Shown piece by piece: positions 21,546 through 31,354 of a stretch of DNA of 64,000 nt. The translations under genes and the position numbers were made by a program. The notes below the pieces were generated by a model. The model saw nothing but the letters and a program-made list of their open reading frames with translations, searched no databases and had not been told where the DNA came from. This stretch comes from a virus. Taxonomy: Duplodnaviria; Caudoviricetes. The stretch is from IMG/VR virus record IMGVR_UViG_3300011337_000669, one strand, 5' to 3'. Position 1 is the stretch's first letter; every line of letters starts with the position of its first letter.

Positions 21546-22757
21546 CTAATAAACTTTTTGTGCCATCTTAGCATACCAATCCATTGGGTATAAACTCCAT
21601 ATTTTCTTTTGAGTTTCAATACTTGAATTTTGTATTTGTTTACCCCCACTTTGTAATCCTCGGTCAACTAACCTCCAATCAACATTTTCAGGTTTGTTTG
21701 ATATAAAATTCCAATCTGACGGAAATCCTTTTTTGATATACCAATAAATGAATAACCATGCAGATTGAAATTCTTTACTCTCATTTGGAAATGGAACTTC
21801 AAGTGCGTATGAGTCAGTAACATATGCGTTCCATGGAGCCCAATTTTTTGGTGAAGTGGGTACTTCATTACCACTCATTTGTTTCAAAATTATTACCGGT
21901 ACAGTTTGTCCTCCATTTGGAATTATTGTGGCTTTAAAAGGTGGAAGATTTAATTTTTTAATCGGAGTCTGAACATTGAGTTCCCTATTCATAGTTAATA
22001 GAGCACCAGGTAAAGTTTCTGCTTCCGACTGACTCATACCAAGGACTGCAGCAGGTGCGTAACTATAGTTATAAAATAGTGATGTATTATACTGATTTTT
22101 TGATGCAGATGGTGTTCTCGAGGTTACCACCTGTTCATCGTCAAAAGTCATAGTTGTCTCACCAGGTGTTTCTTTACCAACCACTTCTACCGTTATTTCA
22201 ACAAATTGATGTTTAGTATATTTTGGATCTTTGGCTAGTGCCGAAATTTGAGATGAAGTTAATCCTGGGCTAGGGTTCCAAGGTGTTGTTGTGTCAATAA
22301 TAGGTTGAGTAGTTACAAATTCAGGTAGTTGAGATATGATTCCTTTAGACACAAGTCCATTCATCCAGTTTGTCATAAAAGTTTGAATAGTTTCATACCT
22401 CATTTTACTGAGATCACCCGGATTCAGTTTTTTCTTTGGTGTGACTTCTCTATCATAATTTGGGACTTGAGATTCACTAGATTTTAATTTAATGATGATT
22501 TCATTATTTGGATATTTTTTCAAGAAATCTTCGATTTCCGTTAAATCTATCAGGTTATTAAGATTTACTGCAGATGAACTATGGATTCCACTTGGGAATT
22601 CAACCCGTTTGGTCAAACTAATTGAATCATTTTTGGTTTTGTTATTATTTTGTTCTGATAATATATAAAAATTCTTTGTTGCCGATTCATGAAGAGATAT
22701 AATTCTATTTCTTTCTTCGTTAGATATTTCCCAAGTTTGCTTAATCATACTGTACAA
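21546..22757 (-). CDS. Putative virion protein, possible degenerate OmpA-like domain
   Basis: ISNEERNRIISLHE...LSEQ N-terminus; F.SG...SSESQVPN...LS..R...QFV segment; TATTTATA upstream. Confidence 0.4.
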   Translation of the reverse strand: MYSMIKQTWEISNEERNRIISLHESATKNFYILSEQNNNKTKNDSISLTKRVEFPSGIHSSSAVNLNNLIDLTEIEDFLKKYPNNEIIIKLKSSESQVPNYDREVTPKKKLNPGDLSKMRYETIQTFMTNWMNGLVSKGIISQLPEFVTTQPIIDTTTPWNPSPGLTSSQISALAKDPKYTKHQFVEITVEVVGKETPGETTMTFDDEQVVTSRTPSASKNQYNTSLFYNYSYAPAAVLGMSQSEAETLPGALLTMNRELNVQTPIKKLNLPPFKATIIPNGGQTVPVIILKQMSGNEVPTSPKNWAPWNAYVTDSYALEVPFPNESKEFQSAWLFIYWYIKKGFPSDWNFISNKPENVDWRLVDRGLQSGGKQIQNSSIETQKKIWSLYPMDWYAKMAQKVY

Positions 22758-22790
22758 TTTATTATAAATATCAGGATATAAAAAAAGGGA

Positions 22791-23507
22791 CTATTCAGTC
22801 CCTATTATCTTATTTGATTTACGAATGTTATCCGTTCCCCACATTGGTTGAAGGTTTTCTAAAGACCAACATCTCATAAACTCCTCATCACCCATTTCTT
22901 CTATGTTAAAGGATGTAATTGGTAATTTATGGTCAACGTGCCACTCACCATAGTTATCCCAATTCATATTATTCTCGAATTGAGATTCCAAATGTTTAAT
23001 CAATGATTCAGGTGTATATTGTAATATATCAAAGTAGTGTTTGTTTTTCTCAACATTACTTTCTTTTAACACCTGATAAATCGCAGTTCTGAAATTAGAT
23101 ATTAGTTTATAGAGGGGGTCACTCTCTTTACGATTTCTTTCATAATCACGTTTAGTTTTTCTAATATTTTCTATATTTTTTTCTCGGTATTCTTTAAGAT
23201 ATTCTTTACGATGTTCTTTATTTTTTTCGTTCCAAGTTTTAACGTACTCTCTAACACTATCTTTATTTTTTTCTCTCCATCGTTTATCAGCAACTTGTTT
23301 ACCACCAATATTTTTTCTACCGGATGGGCCCATTATAACACCATTTTCTTTTAACATTCTTAATATTGTTGGTTTACTAATACCGGTTTTTTCAGAAATA
23401 GTATGTGAACCTAACAACTCATCATTATACATTTTAAGTATAATGTTTAATTCATCTTTACTTAATTCTATCTTTTTCATATATATAAATATAGCATATT
23501 TTACCAA
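22791..23507 (-). CDS. HNH-type homing endonuclease-like protein (probable start 23480)
   Basis: N-terminal HTH, Lys-rich linker, WHVDHKLP...ENLQPMW..DNIRKSNK. Confidence 0.7.
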   Translation of the reverse strand: MVKYAIFIYMKKIELSKDELNIILKMYNDELLGSHTISEKTGISKPTILRMLKENGVIMGPSGRKNIGGKQVADKRWREKNKDSVREYVKTWNEKNKEHRKEYLKEYREKNIENIRKTKRDYERNRKESDPLYKLISNFRTAIYQVLKESNVEKNKHYFDILQYTPESLIKHLESQFENNMNWDNYGEWHVDHKLPITSFNIEEMGDEEFMRCWSLENLQPMWGTDNIRKSNKIIGTE

Positions 23508-23533
23508 AAAACATATAGTTAATACAAAGATAT

Positions 23534-23566
23534 AAAAAAAAAAGGGACAATTTCTTGTCCCTTTTT
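23534..23566 (-). terminator. Intrinsic terminator downstream of the major capsid gene
   Basis: AAAGGGACAA/TTGTCCCTTT stem with T tract on the minus strand. Confidence 0.75.
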
Positions 23567-23584
23567 ACCATATTGAAATTTCGA

Positions 23585-25375
23585 TTATCTCAATTCTCTT
23601 AAGTCGAATGTTCTAACACCATCAACTGTAATTCTGCCATAGAAGCGGTTATTTACCATCTTCTTCGCGTATCTCGTCATAATACCCTTAATCGGAGTAA
23701 AGTTGAACGGATTGTACATTGTAGGAGTTAATTGTAGAGGTACATACGGTGCGTAGATGTAACCAGTGTCCAATAGAGAAGTTCCTTTGTGACCCATCAA
23801 TACTTGGTTTGGTGGGAAGTAAGGGTCTCTATACACTTGATAACGACCTGCTAATGTACCAACTCTTTCAATACCCATGTTGTATTGATCCTGCTCAGGA
23901 GCTGCGTTTGATACGTGGAAGTATTCCAAGTCATCAAAGATAGCACTGATTTCAGAAGATACAACGATCCAGTTAGCTCCACCTCTCAAAGTTGATTTGT
24001 GGATTTGTGCTGAAATTTGGTTGATTGCAGTGATAAGAGTTTGGTTCCAATCTTTCTGAGTGTAAGGAACTGCGTTAGATCCTAATCTCTTCCATCCATT
24101 GTAATCCCATCTTAAGTTCCAAGCTGCACCTTTTCTAAGGTCTCTCAAGATTTCTCTATCGATTTCAGCTGCAACTTGCTCAGATAACAATGCAGTTAAT
24201 TCAGCTTCAGCGTCGATGTTGTGGAATGCCGCAACGTCCTGAGCCATTTCTGGAGACCACTGTGCTCTTAATTTTCTTTCAGTTACAGAAACTGTTACTG
24301 ACATAAGGTCGAATGAAACTTCACCAATCTTATCTTCGAATTCCAAGTTCTTATAGATTCTATAAGTTGCTGTGAATGCGTTGTTAGCAGCTGCAGTTGA
24401 TTCGAAAGTTGAACCTGTATAACCGTCTAATGAACCACCACAAGTGATACATACTGGTACTTGTAAATCAACCTCTAAATAAATTTTACCTTCAGCATCA
24501 CATAAGTTGTCATATTGACCACCATCTGTTTTAGATTGAGGGAAAGTTAATGTAGCGTTGTTATTACCATACTGAACAATACCTTTACCATATCTTTGAG
24601 TTACTACTCTAAATAAGTAAGGGTTAGAAGTGTTTGCAGAAGTGTAAATGTTTGCTGCAGAACCGTAAACTGTCAAATCAGATAAGAATGCTTCGTTATC
24701 CATTGGTTGACCATCAGGACCGATTAACTTACCAGCTCCATCAGAAGCAAAACCTGACATAACTATCAATACTTTTCTGTAGTTATCCAAAGTGTAAGCA
24801 GAAGGTACCAAGTTGTCAGCTAACCATGCTACAGTTCCAACTTGTGCTGTAATAGCAGAATATTGTCCTTTAGAATAGTCGAACAATCCAGGAGGATCCA
24901 AAGCTGGTTCGTTACCTTCGTAGAATCTGTCGTAAAGATCCTTAGTGTTATTGTAGTCATAACCACTGTTTGGAGTTTGACCAGCAGCAGCGTTTGGAGA
25001 ACCATAAGGTGCGTAGTGCTCAGAAGTACCTGGTTGGTAAGCCTGAATGTTAGGTACGAAGTAGAACAATTTACCGATAGGTAAGTTCATAGCTTGTACT
25101 GAAACGATATCGTTTGCTAATAATTTAGAGAAAACTCTTCTAACGATAGGAAAAACAACTGTTTCAAATGCACCTGTATCAGATGTAGATGATGCTTCGT
25201 TAATTAAGTGTGAAGCTTGGTTTTCATAAAGTTGAGCTACGTTTTCTCTCATGTGACCCTTAAGACCCTCTAAGAATCCTAATTTGTCCCATTTGTTGAT
25301 TGTGTCTTCTTTGATAACTTTAAGGTGCTTAAGACCGATGTTACCTACAAGACCTGATTCTAATAATGCTCCCAT
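23585..25375 (-). CDS. gp23: Major capsid protein (T4 gp23-like)
   Basis: VQAMNLPIGKLFY, RKLRAQWSPEMAQDVAAFHNIDAEAELTALLSEQVAAEIDREI, YAPYVPL, GIMTRYA. Confidence 0.95.
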   Translation of the reverse strand: MGALLESGLVGNIGLKHLKVIKEDTINKWDKLGFLEGLKGHMRENVAQLYENQASHLINEASSTSDTGAFETVVFPIVRRVFSKLLANDIVSVQAMNLPIGKLFYFVPNIQAYQPGTSEHYAPYGSPNAAAGQTPNSGYDYNNTKDLYDRFYEGNEPALDPPGLFDYSKGQYSAITAQVGTVAWLADNLVPSAYTLDNYRKVLIVMSGFASDGAGKLIGPDGQPMDNEAFLSDLTVYGSAANIYTSANTSNPYLFRVVTQRYGKGIVQYGNNNATLTFPQSKTDGGQYDNLCDAEGKIYLEVDLQVPVCITCGGSLDGYTGSTFESTAAANNAFTATYRIYKNLEFEDKIGEVSFDLMSVTVSVTERKLRAQWSPEMAQDVAAFHNIDAEAELTALLSEQVAAEIDREILRDLRKGAAWNLRWDYNGWKRLGSNAVPYTQKDWNQTLITAINQISAQIHKSTLRGGANWIVVSSEISAIFDDLEYFHVSNAAPEQDQYNMGIERVGTLAGRYQVYRDPYFPPNQVLMGHKGTSLLDTGYIYAPYVPLQLTPTMYNPFNFTPIKGIMTRYAKKMVNNRFYGRITVDGVRTFDLRELR

Positions 25376-25422
25376 TTTTAGTATTTTGTTTTGTTTTTTT
25401 TTATTTGTTTATTAAATTTTAA

Positions 25423-26946
25423 TTACCCAATTTTACTCATCAAATCTTTCATTCTTAAGAATTGAGGATTCTCATAAGTTTTTGATTCAATTAGGGTAGT
25501 TGATGAACCTGTAGAAACACCTTTGTTTAATTTAGTTTCAACTGATTCGTTAATTGGTGTTGATTCAGTTTTAGACAATTCGTCCTTAATCGACTTATAA
25601 AGATTTTTAGATTCTTTCAAAGTATCTACGTTATCAAATCTTCTAAGAATGTTAATTTTTTCTTTTTTGGTAGTCGAATGTTCGGTGAATAATCTTGTAG
25701 CGTATGCCAAGTTTGAATTGAAAATAGCAACTTCATTAAGTTTTTCTCTGAAAATATTTAATGCTTTTCTGTATTCTTCATTTTTCTCTCTCAACGTTGC
25801 AACTTCTGATTCTGAGGATTCAACTTTTACTCCGTTATTACCGTAAACATAATTTCTGTTATTAGTAATACCTTTTCTAAGTCCTCTTCCTTCTTTTGAA
25901 CCCATTCCATAAGTTCTAGCAGCCTCTTTGGTTTCTCTTTTTTCAAAACCTGCATCATCTCTACGAGATTTAGTAGTTTTAAGATCCTTTGAAGCCATTT
26001 TACCATGCTTCATTGCCAATCTTTCATCTTCTTTGTCATCGTATCCTTGACCTTCTTTTGTTTCTGCCTTAACAACTTTGGATTTTTGTTCCATATTTTC
26101 ACCTTTCTTGTATTCAAATTTTGGTTTACCAGTACCTACTGATTTAGGTCCTTCCTTCATCTTATCATCGAATCCGCCTTTAGCTTTATCTTTGTAAGTG
26201 AATTTAGGTCCTGACCCAATTCCAACACCTTTAGGTTTTACTGTCGATTTTGCCTCTCTAACAGCTCTTCTATGGTTGTAAGATTCGTCCAAATCTTCGT
26301 CTTCTTCATCCATCATGTCGTCATCTTCCATCATGTCGTCATCTTCCATCATGTCGTCATCTTCCATCATATGCTCATCTTCGTCAAATTCGATTTCATA
26401 CATGACTTCATCTTCCTCAAGGTTATCTCCTTGCCCGAAAATAGCATTGATTACATCTTCTGTATCTAGATCCATTTTTTCCATGTCATCCATTTCATCT
26501 AATTCTTCTTCCTCTTCTTCAGACTCACCAAGCTTAACTAAGTATTCTGAATCAGTGTCATTATCGGTTAAGTGAATGTCTTCACCATCTTTTTTTACGA
26601 TGATACCATCTTCTTCACCCATAGCCTTAAATACCTTCAGAATTTCTTCGTCAGAAGCGTCAGTCAAATCTATTGGACTTTCTTCTGAATCCATATCCAT
26701 GTCCATGTCAAATTCCATGTCCATTTCCATATCATCTTCATTATCAACAGTATCATCCATATCGATGTCTGTATCTAATTCAACCTCATCTTCCATGTCT
26801 TGTTCTGATAGAGATTCTTTTACTAACTGATTGATTTCTTCCTTCATAGTAGAAGCAAGTATTCCTTTTGCGTTCTGGGCGATTGCTTCTTCAACATTTT
26901 TCATTTGAATTAACGCCTCCTGTACTAAGTTTTTATTTTCTTGCAT
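25423..26946 (-). CDS. Prohead core scaffold protein (T4 gp22 position)
   Basis: Very acidic low-complexity protein immediately upstream of the capsid gene with coiled-coil C-terminus. Confidence 0.75.
   Translation of the reverse strand: MQENKNLVQEALIQMKNVEEAIAQNAKGILASTMKEEINQLVKESLSEQDMEDEVELDTDIDMDDTVDNEDDMEMDMEFDMDMDMDSEESPIDLTDASDEEILKVFKAMGEEDGIIVKKDGEDIHLTDNDTDSEYLVKLGESEEEEEELDEMDDMEKMDLDTEDVINAIFGQGDNLEEDEVMYEIEFDEDEHMMEDDDMMEDDDMMEDDDMMDEEDEDLDESYNHRRAVREAKSTVKPKGVGIGSGPKFTYKDKAKGGFDDKMKEGPKSVGTGKPKFEYKKGENMEQKSKVVKAETKEGQGYDDKEDERLAMKHGKMASKDLKTTKSRRDDAGFEKRETKEAARTYGMGSKEGRGLRKGITNNRNYVYGNNGVKVESSESEVATLREKNEEYRKALNIFREKLNEVAIFNSNLAYATRLFTEHSTTKKEKINILRRFDNVDTLKESKNLYKSIKDELSKTESTPINESVETKLNKGVSTGSSTTLIESKTYENPQFLRMKDLMSKIG
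26311..26382. repeat. 18-bp tandem repeat (MMEDDD x3 plus one variant) in the scaffold gene
   Basis: CATCATGTCGTCATCTTC at 26311, 26329, 26347; variant at 26365. Confidence 0.9.
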
Positions 26947-27071
26947 AGAAAAAATTTGTTTAATTTATCTTATAAATAGTACCAAATTGAAAAAAAGTCA
27001 TTTTACAATATCCCCAAAATAAAAAAAGTGGTCTATTGACCACTTCATTTGTTTCAGTTTAATAATGTTGA

Positions 27072-27281
27072 TTACTCAATCACCTCGTCGATTTTACTTT
27101 CAGACACAGCGGTGATTCTCCAATCATGAGTAAATCCCTCATACTTCTTGGTGACTTTTGCCTCCACGTCTGTGACAGAGTAACCTTTTACCAATTTCTC
27201 TTCTCTAACTTTTTTAATTTTGCCTGTGTTTTCATCAGGAAAATCATACTGAATTTTTGCTACAAAATATTTTTCTTCCAT
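27072..27281 (-). CDS. DUF4494-like small protein
   Basis: YF.AKI.Y...E.TGK.KKV.E..LV...SVT.VEA pattern known from Bacteroidetes and their phages. Confidence 0.55.
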   Translation of the reverse strand: MEEKYFVAKIQYDFPDENTGKIKKVREEKLVKGYSVTDVEAKVTKKYEGFTHDWRITAVSESKIDEVIE

Positions 27282-27285
27282 AATC

Positions 27286-28002
27286 TTATTTTTTTAAAAA
27301 ATCGTCTAATTTTTTCATTAAGTCAACTGACTTTTCAACATACTCATTATTTTGTTTAGATATTCTCTCTTCCTCTAAATTTTCTTCATATTTACTTCGT
27401 TCATCAGGGTTTGTGAATAAATAAGCACCTGGAGTAGATGGTGATGATACCAAATCAAAACATATCAATTCAAAGTCATCTTGTACTTCATTTTTCTCTC
27501 CAACTTTTTTTAATGACCCAACTCCTCTGGAAGAGATACCTAAAGTTACACCTTGTCTCATTAAGTTAGCCGCTTGGTCTCCCTTAGTCGAAACTATACC
27601 TCTTTCGTGAAACCCTGGAGATGTCAATAATTTGAGTTTTCCCATGAGTATATTTTTATCCCACCATATATCTGTTATGATGTGAGATACTCTGTCTAAG
27701 TCTATTAATGATGACTCAGGGTGGTTTAATTCTGATGTTGACAAACCCTTAGAAATAGATTGTTTATATCTATCTGCTTCTCTTTTCAGAATCCTTTCAG
27801 GATATGTTCTACCATTTCTATTTGGAGTATCATATTTTTGAAGAACTGCATAAAATTCAAATGGATTTCTATAATCTAAATTTGATGCTTCTTTTATAAT
27901 GTCAATATTCTGAGCGTCTTTTGGAGAAACCCAACCCGCATCCATTTCAATCAATATCCCGTGGCCAAGCTCACTAGCTTCTAAAATTCTTAAATTTTTC
28001 AT
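27286..28002 (-). CDS. gp21: Prohead core protein protease (T4 gp21-like)
   Basis: NRNGRTYP, ELNHP (His), GISSRGVGS (Ser), FDLVSSPSTPGAY. Confidence 0.92.
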   Translation of the reverse strand: MKNLRILEASELGHGILIEMDAGWVSPKDAQNIDIIKEASNLDYRNPFEFYAVLQKYDTPNRNGRTYPERILKREADRYKQSISKGLSTSELNHPESSLIDLDRVSHIITDIWWDKNILMGKLKLLTSPGFHERGIVSTKGDQAANLMRQGVTLGISSRGVGSLKKVGEKNEVQDDFELICFDLVSSPSTPGAYLFTNPDERSKYEENLEEERISKQNNEYVEKSVDLMKKLDDFLKK

Positions 28003-28041
28003 CTAATCTTTTAAGATAAATATACGGATTTGAATAGTTTG

Positions 28042-28479
28042 TTAGATTTCGTCTTTTTTAGAAATTGAAAAATCAAAGTATTTGTTTTTAATCACGTTAT
28101 TTTTATAGATTGATTTAACAATTTTTTTTATGGATTCTTTAATTTCATCACTTTTGAAATCCATTTCTCGGAGGGTATATAGATTGATTTCCAAATTGAA
28201 AAATGATTTTTTCCCTTTTGATATCCCACTTGTTCGAAGGTCCAAATCAACAATATTTTTTTCTTGAAAAATTTTTGAATCGATTGATTCAAAAACTGAA
28301 TTTTTTATTTCTCTCCCTAAACTTAAGACAATTCGGTTCCAATTTTCTAATTCTTCTTTTGGTGTAACCCATGATTGGATGTTTATGTAAACTGATTTTA
28401 AGTTTTTAGAATCTACTGTCCCATACTGTGATTTTATGGGATTGAACAGGTTAAGTTTAACACTTTTTCCTTTTTTCAT
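28042..28479 (-). CDS. Hypothetical protein
   Basis: 145 aa ORF in the head module. Confidence 0.6.
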   Translation of the reverse strand: MKKGKSVKLNLFNPIKSQYGTVDSKNLKSVYINIQSWVTPKEELENWNRIVLSLGREIKNSVFESIDSKIFQEKNIVDLDLRTSGISKGKKSFFNLEINLYTLREMDFKSDEIKESIKKIVKSIYKNNVIKNKYFDFSISKKDEI

Positions 28480-28548
28480 TAATAATGATATTATGTATGT
28501 TTATTAATGAAATTATATACATAATATGTATGATTGTCAAAATTTTTT

Positions 28549-28556
28549 TATATTTG
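28549..28556 (+). promoter_or_regulatory. Bacteroidetes-type -7 promoter element for rpsU
   Basis: TATATTTG matches TAnnTTTG, 16 nt upstream of the ATG. Confidence 0.6.
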
Positions 28557-28572
28557 TAGATATTTCTAAGAT

Positions 28573-28764
28573 ATGATAATAATAAAAATAACACAGGGCA
28601 ATCCTCTTGAGAAGGCTCTCAAAACCCTAAAGTCTAAAGTAATTAAAACGAAACAAAATCAAATTTTATTTGAGAAACGGGAATACACAAAAAAATCTGT
28701 ACTTAAGAGAGCACAGATTCTGAAGGCAAAACATATTCAAAGTCTTAAAGACAAATCAAATTGA
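28573..28764 (+). CDS. rpsU: Ribosomal protein bS21
   Basis: IIKITQGNPLEKALKTLKSKV...KREYTKKSVLKR; 63 aa, basic, matches the S21 pattern (I..AL..FK.K...R..Y.KPS..R). Confidence 0.85.
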   Translation: MIIIKITQGNPLEKALKTLKSKVIKTKQNQILFEKREYTKKSVLKRAQILKAKHIQSLKDKSN

Positions 28765-29454
28765 TTCTTCCAAATTTTTTAATTTTAAGAAATTCAATTG
28801 GTCAAACTTTTCAGACTTAACTTTATCAATTGTTTCAGAAATTTTTGTTTTAATATCCAGTGAATCTTCACTATTTTGGAGTGCGGTTAATTTAGATATT
28901 GCACTTTCTTTTATTGTCTCAAATTTCGTCTCTAAAATTTTGACATCTTCAGAAACTATTTGGAAAAATTCTTTTTTAGAATTTTCATCCAAATTAAGTA
29001 TGTAATTGTTAACTGTTTGGTTTGCAATGGAAACCATAGAACTAATTGGAATATTAATACTTTCTTTAATAGACTCTTTGGTTGATGTGATTACCTTTAG
29101 AATATTTTTCTTCGCATTTAATCTTTCGATTAAATTAACACCTTGGCTATAAACTAACGTATCAATTTCAGAATATTTGTTTTCTGTTTTTTCGGAAAGT
29201 GTAGTTGGAAGTTTGATACTTGGTAAAATTTTGTTTAATAGAGAAATCCCTTCTTCAATAAATTCTTTTGCGTCCTGTTCACCTAATTCTTGGGGTGAAC
29301 TCAGTTGATCATAAATAGCATATGCTTTAGACATAGCTTTATTATTCAAAACGTTGTGTTTGAATTCTCGTAAAGTCTTCTTGAATTCCATTTCATTTTT
29401 GTAGGATTCCAAGAGATTTTTTTCAATTAGGGATTTTACTGTTCCGAAGGTCAT
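28756..29454 (-). CDS. Hypothetical protein
   Basis: 232 aa ORF downstream of portal. Confidence 0.6.
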   Translation of the reverse strand: MTFGTVKSLIEKNLLESYKNEMEFKKTLREFKHNVLNNKAMSKAYAIYDQLSSPQELGEQDAKEFIEEGISLLNKILPSIKLPTTLSEKTENKYSEIDTLVYSQGVNLIERLNAKKNILKVITSTKESIKESINIPISSMVSIANQTVNNYILNLDENSKKEFFQIVSEDVKILETKFETIKESAISKLTALQNSEDSLDIKTKISETIDKVKSEKFDQLNFLKLKNLEESI

Positions 29455-29475
29455 TGTGTCTTTTTCAAATAAATA

Positions 29476-31317
29476 TTATGAATTTAATAACTTATCTAAT
29501 TCTTTTGAAATTTCTCCCAAAGAATCTTGAGCCTGCCCCAAATTTATTACTCGTGATCCTTCAATTAAATTATTTTCCACTAGAATATTTAGATCTTTTT
29601 TCTTAGATTCTGGTGTTATTTCGGATGGAGGGGCTTCAACTGCTGGTGGTAACTCAGGTTCTCCTCCAGGTATCTCAGCACCTCCTCCGAATGATGGTGG
29701 TGACCCTAATTCCTCTCCTCCATCCATTGTTGTCGAGGCACCTGCTGTTGGTGTTGACCCTGTTTGACTACCATATAATTTGTCAATATTATCAAACAAT
29801 CCAGTTTTTGTTATAACTGTTGGAGTAGCCTTTAGCTCTTCACCAACGGCTCTTTCAATTCTTTGTTGTTGTAAGTCTAAACGAACTTCATCATCTGACC
29901 ATCCAAAAATATGTTTCTTAGCCCATGTAGATGAAGTTGCCTGAATTCCATTTCCTGGATCAGAAACCAAATCCTTATATAATAATACTTTTTCTTTCCA
30001 AACATCGATCTTTAATAAATCTGCTTGAGTGGATGGATTTGTTAATCCAATTGTAAAATTTGAAAGTTCATCTTCAAATCCTAATAAGAATAAATGTACG
30101 ATTGCAATCTTGTTAAGTTCAGCAATCATACTCTTTTGAATTCTATTGATTGTACGTGCAAATCGAATATCTTGTAATGCCAAATTTTTACCATCACCAA
30201 CAACTTCTTCAAATCCTAAAAAGGCTTTTGGTACTCGAAGAGCTGTTAGTAACTTCTTTTGGATATATTCAATGTCTGCAATTTCAGATAGGTTAGTTGC
30301 ACCTGGCAACGTATCAATAGGTGTCGGTGCCGCTGGATCACGTACAGGTATAAAATAATCTTGGTCAACCGCCATTTGATTAAATCTCATGTCTACGTTA
30401 CCTGTTTTACTGTCAACAACTTGTTCCCTCTTGAATTTGTTGGCAACACGTTGTACATACGCTTCTACATCATCGTCATTCATATTACCAACGAACACTT
30501 TGAATATTCTTCTTTCAGGTGCTCGGGATGTACGGTAAATCAACATAGCGTCTTCACAAAGTAATAATTGTTTCCAAATACGTCTTGCCTTTTCTAACAT
30601 AGATGTTCCATAAGGAAGTTTTCTGTCATCACCCAATAATCTGAAGTGAGCCATCTCCCAAGATTGAAACTCCATATTTTTATTTTTCCATGTAAAGTGT
30701 AATGCCTTTCTATCTTTATCTACTTCATTTGTTACATCGACAGATATTTTACCACTCGCTCCAACCTCATGTCTTTCTATTTCTATAGTTGGTAGTTGTT
30801 GACACCCCACAATACCTTTCTCAGGGTCTAACTTCAAATAGACAAAGTTGTCACCATACTTACATGTGTTACGTGTCCACATTGGTAAGTTTGTATTGAT
30901 GTCTAATGCGTTGTTAAATAAATCAGCAAGAACACCCTTTATTCTTTTTGATTCTGAATAAATTTGTAGTATGAACCCGTCTTCATTTGTTGTAGTTGAC
31001 TCTTCAGCATAAATGTCTAATGCTGCGGAAATCTCAGGAGTATATTCCATCGATTCGTAGTCATACTGAGCAGATAATCTTGTAGGTTCATAATATATGG
31101 CTTGAGAATAAAGATTATTCTCCACTTTAGCCCATTGATTGGTAAGATAATATGTTTGTTGTGCTTGAAGTTTTTCTTTCTCATATTCCTCTCTACTTTT
31201 TGTGCGTAGCAGTTCCTTTTTATCAAACTTGAAAGTCGGATAGTCTTGATTTAATAATGAGTTAGGTCCAAATGTTTGTGACAGTCTTTGCCAAACCGTC
31301 ATATTTTGTTCTTCCAT
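29476..31317 (-). CDS. gp20: Portal protein (T4 gp20-like)
   Basis: EDAMLIYRTSRAPERRIFKVFVGN, DYFIP, IDTLPGATNL.EI.DI.Y..KKL..AL.VP. Confidence 0.93.
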   Translation of the reverse strand: MEEQNMTVWQRLSQTFGPNSLLNQDYPTFKFDKKELLRTKSREEYEKEKLQAQQTYYLTNQWAKVENNLYSQAIYYEPTRLSAQYDYESMEYTPEISAALDIYAEESTTTNEDGFILQIYSESKRIKGVLADLFNNALDINTNLPMWTRNTCKYGDNFVYLKLDPEKGIVGCQQLPTIEIERHEVGASGKISVDVTNEVDKDRKALHFTWKNKNMEFQSWEMAHFRLLGDDRKLPYGTSMLEKARRIWKQLLLCEDAMLIYRTSRAPERRIFKVFVGNMNDDDVEAYVQRVANKFKREQVVDSKTGNVDMRFNQMAVDQDYFIPVRDPAAPTPIDTLPGATNLSEIADIEYIQKKLLTALRVPKAFLGFEEVVGDGKNLALQDIRFARTINRIQKSMIAELNKIAIVHLFLLGFEDELSNFTIGLTNPSTQADLLKIDVWKEKVLLYKDLVSDPGNGIQATSSTWAKKHIFGWSDDEVRLDLQQQRIERAVGEELKATPTVITKTGLFDNIDKLYGSQTGSTPTAGASTTMDGGEELGSPPSFGGGAEIPGGEPELPPAVEAPPSEITPESKKKDLNILVENNLIEGSRVINLGQAQDSLGEISKELDKLLNS

Positions 31318-31354
31318 AATTTAAGTTTACTCTTTACCTCAGTAATATAAATAG

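Noticed and set aside
26311-26382. 18-bp tandem repeat as a regulatory or contingency locus
   Set aside because: In-frame acidic low-complexity expansion typical of scaffold proteins.
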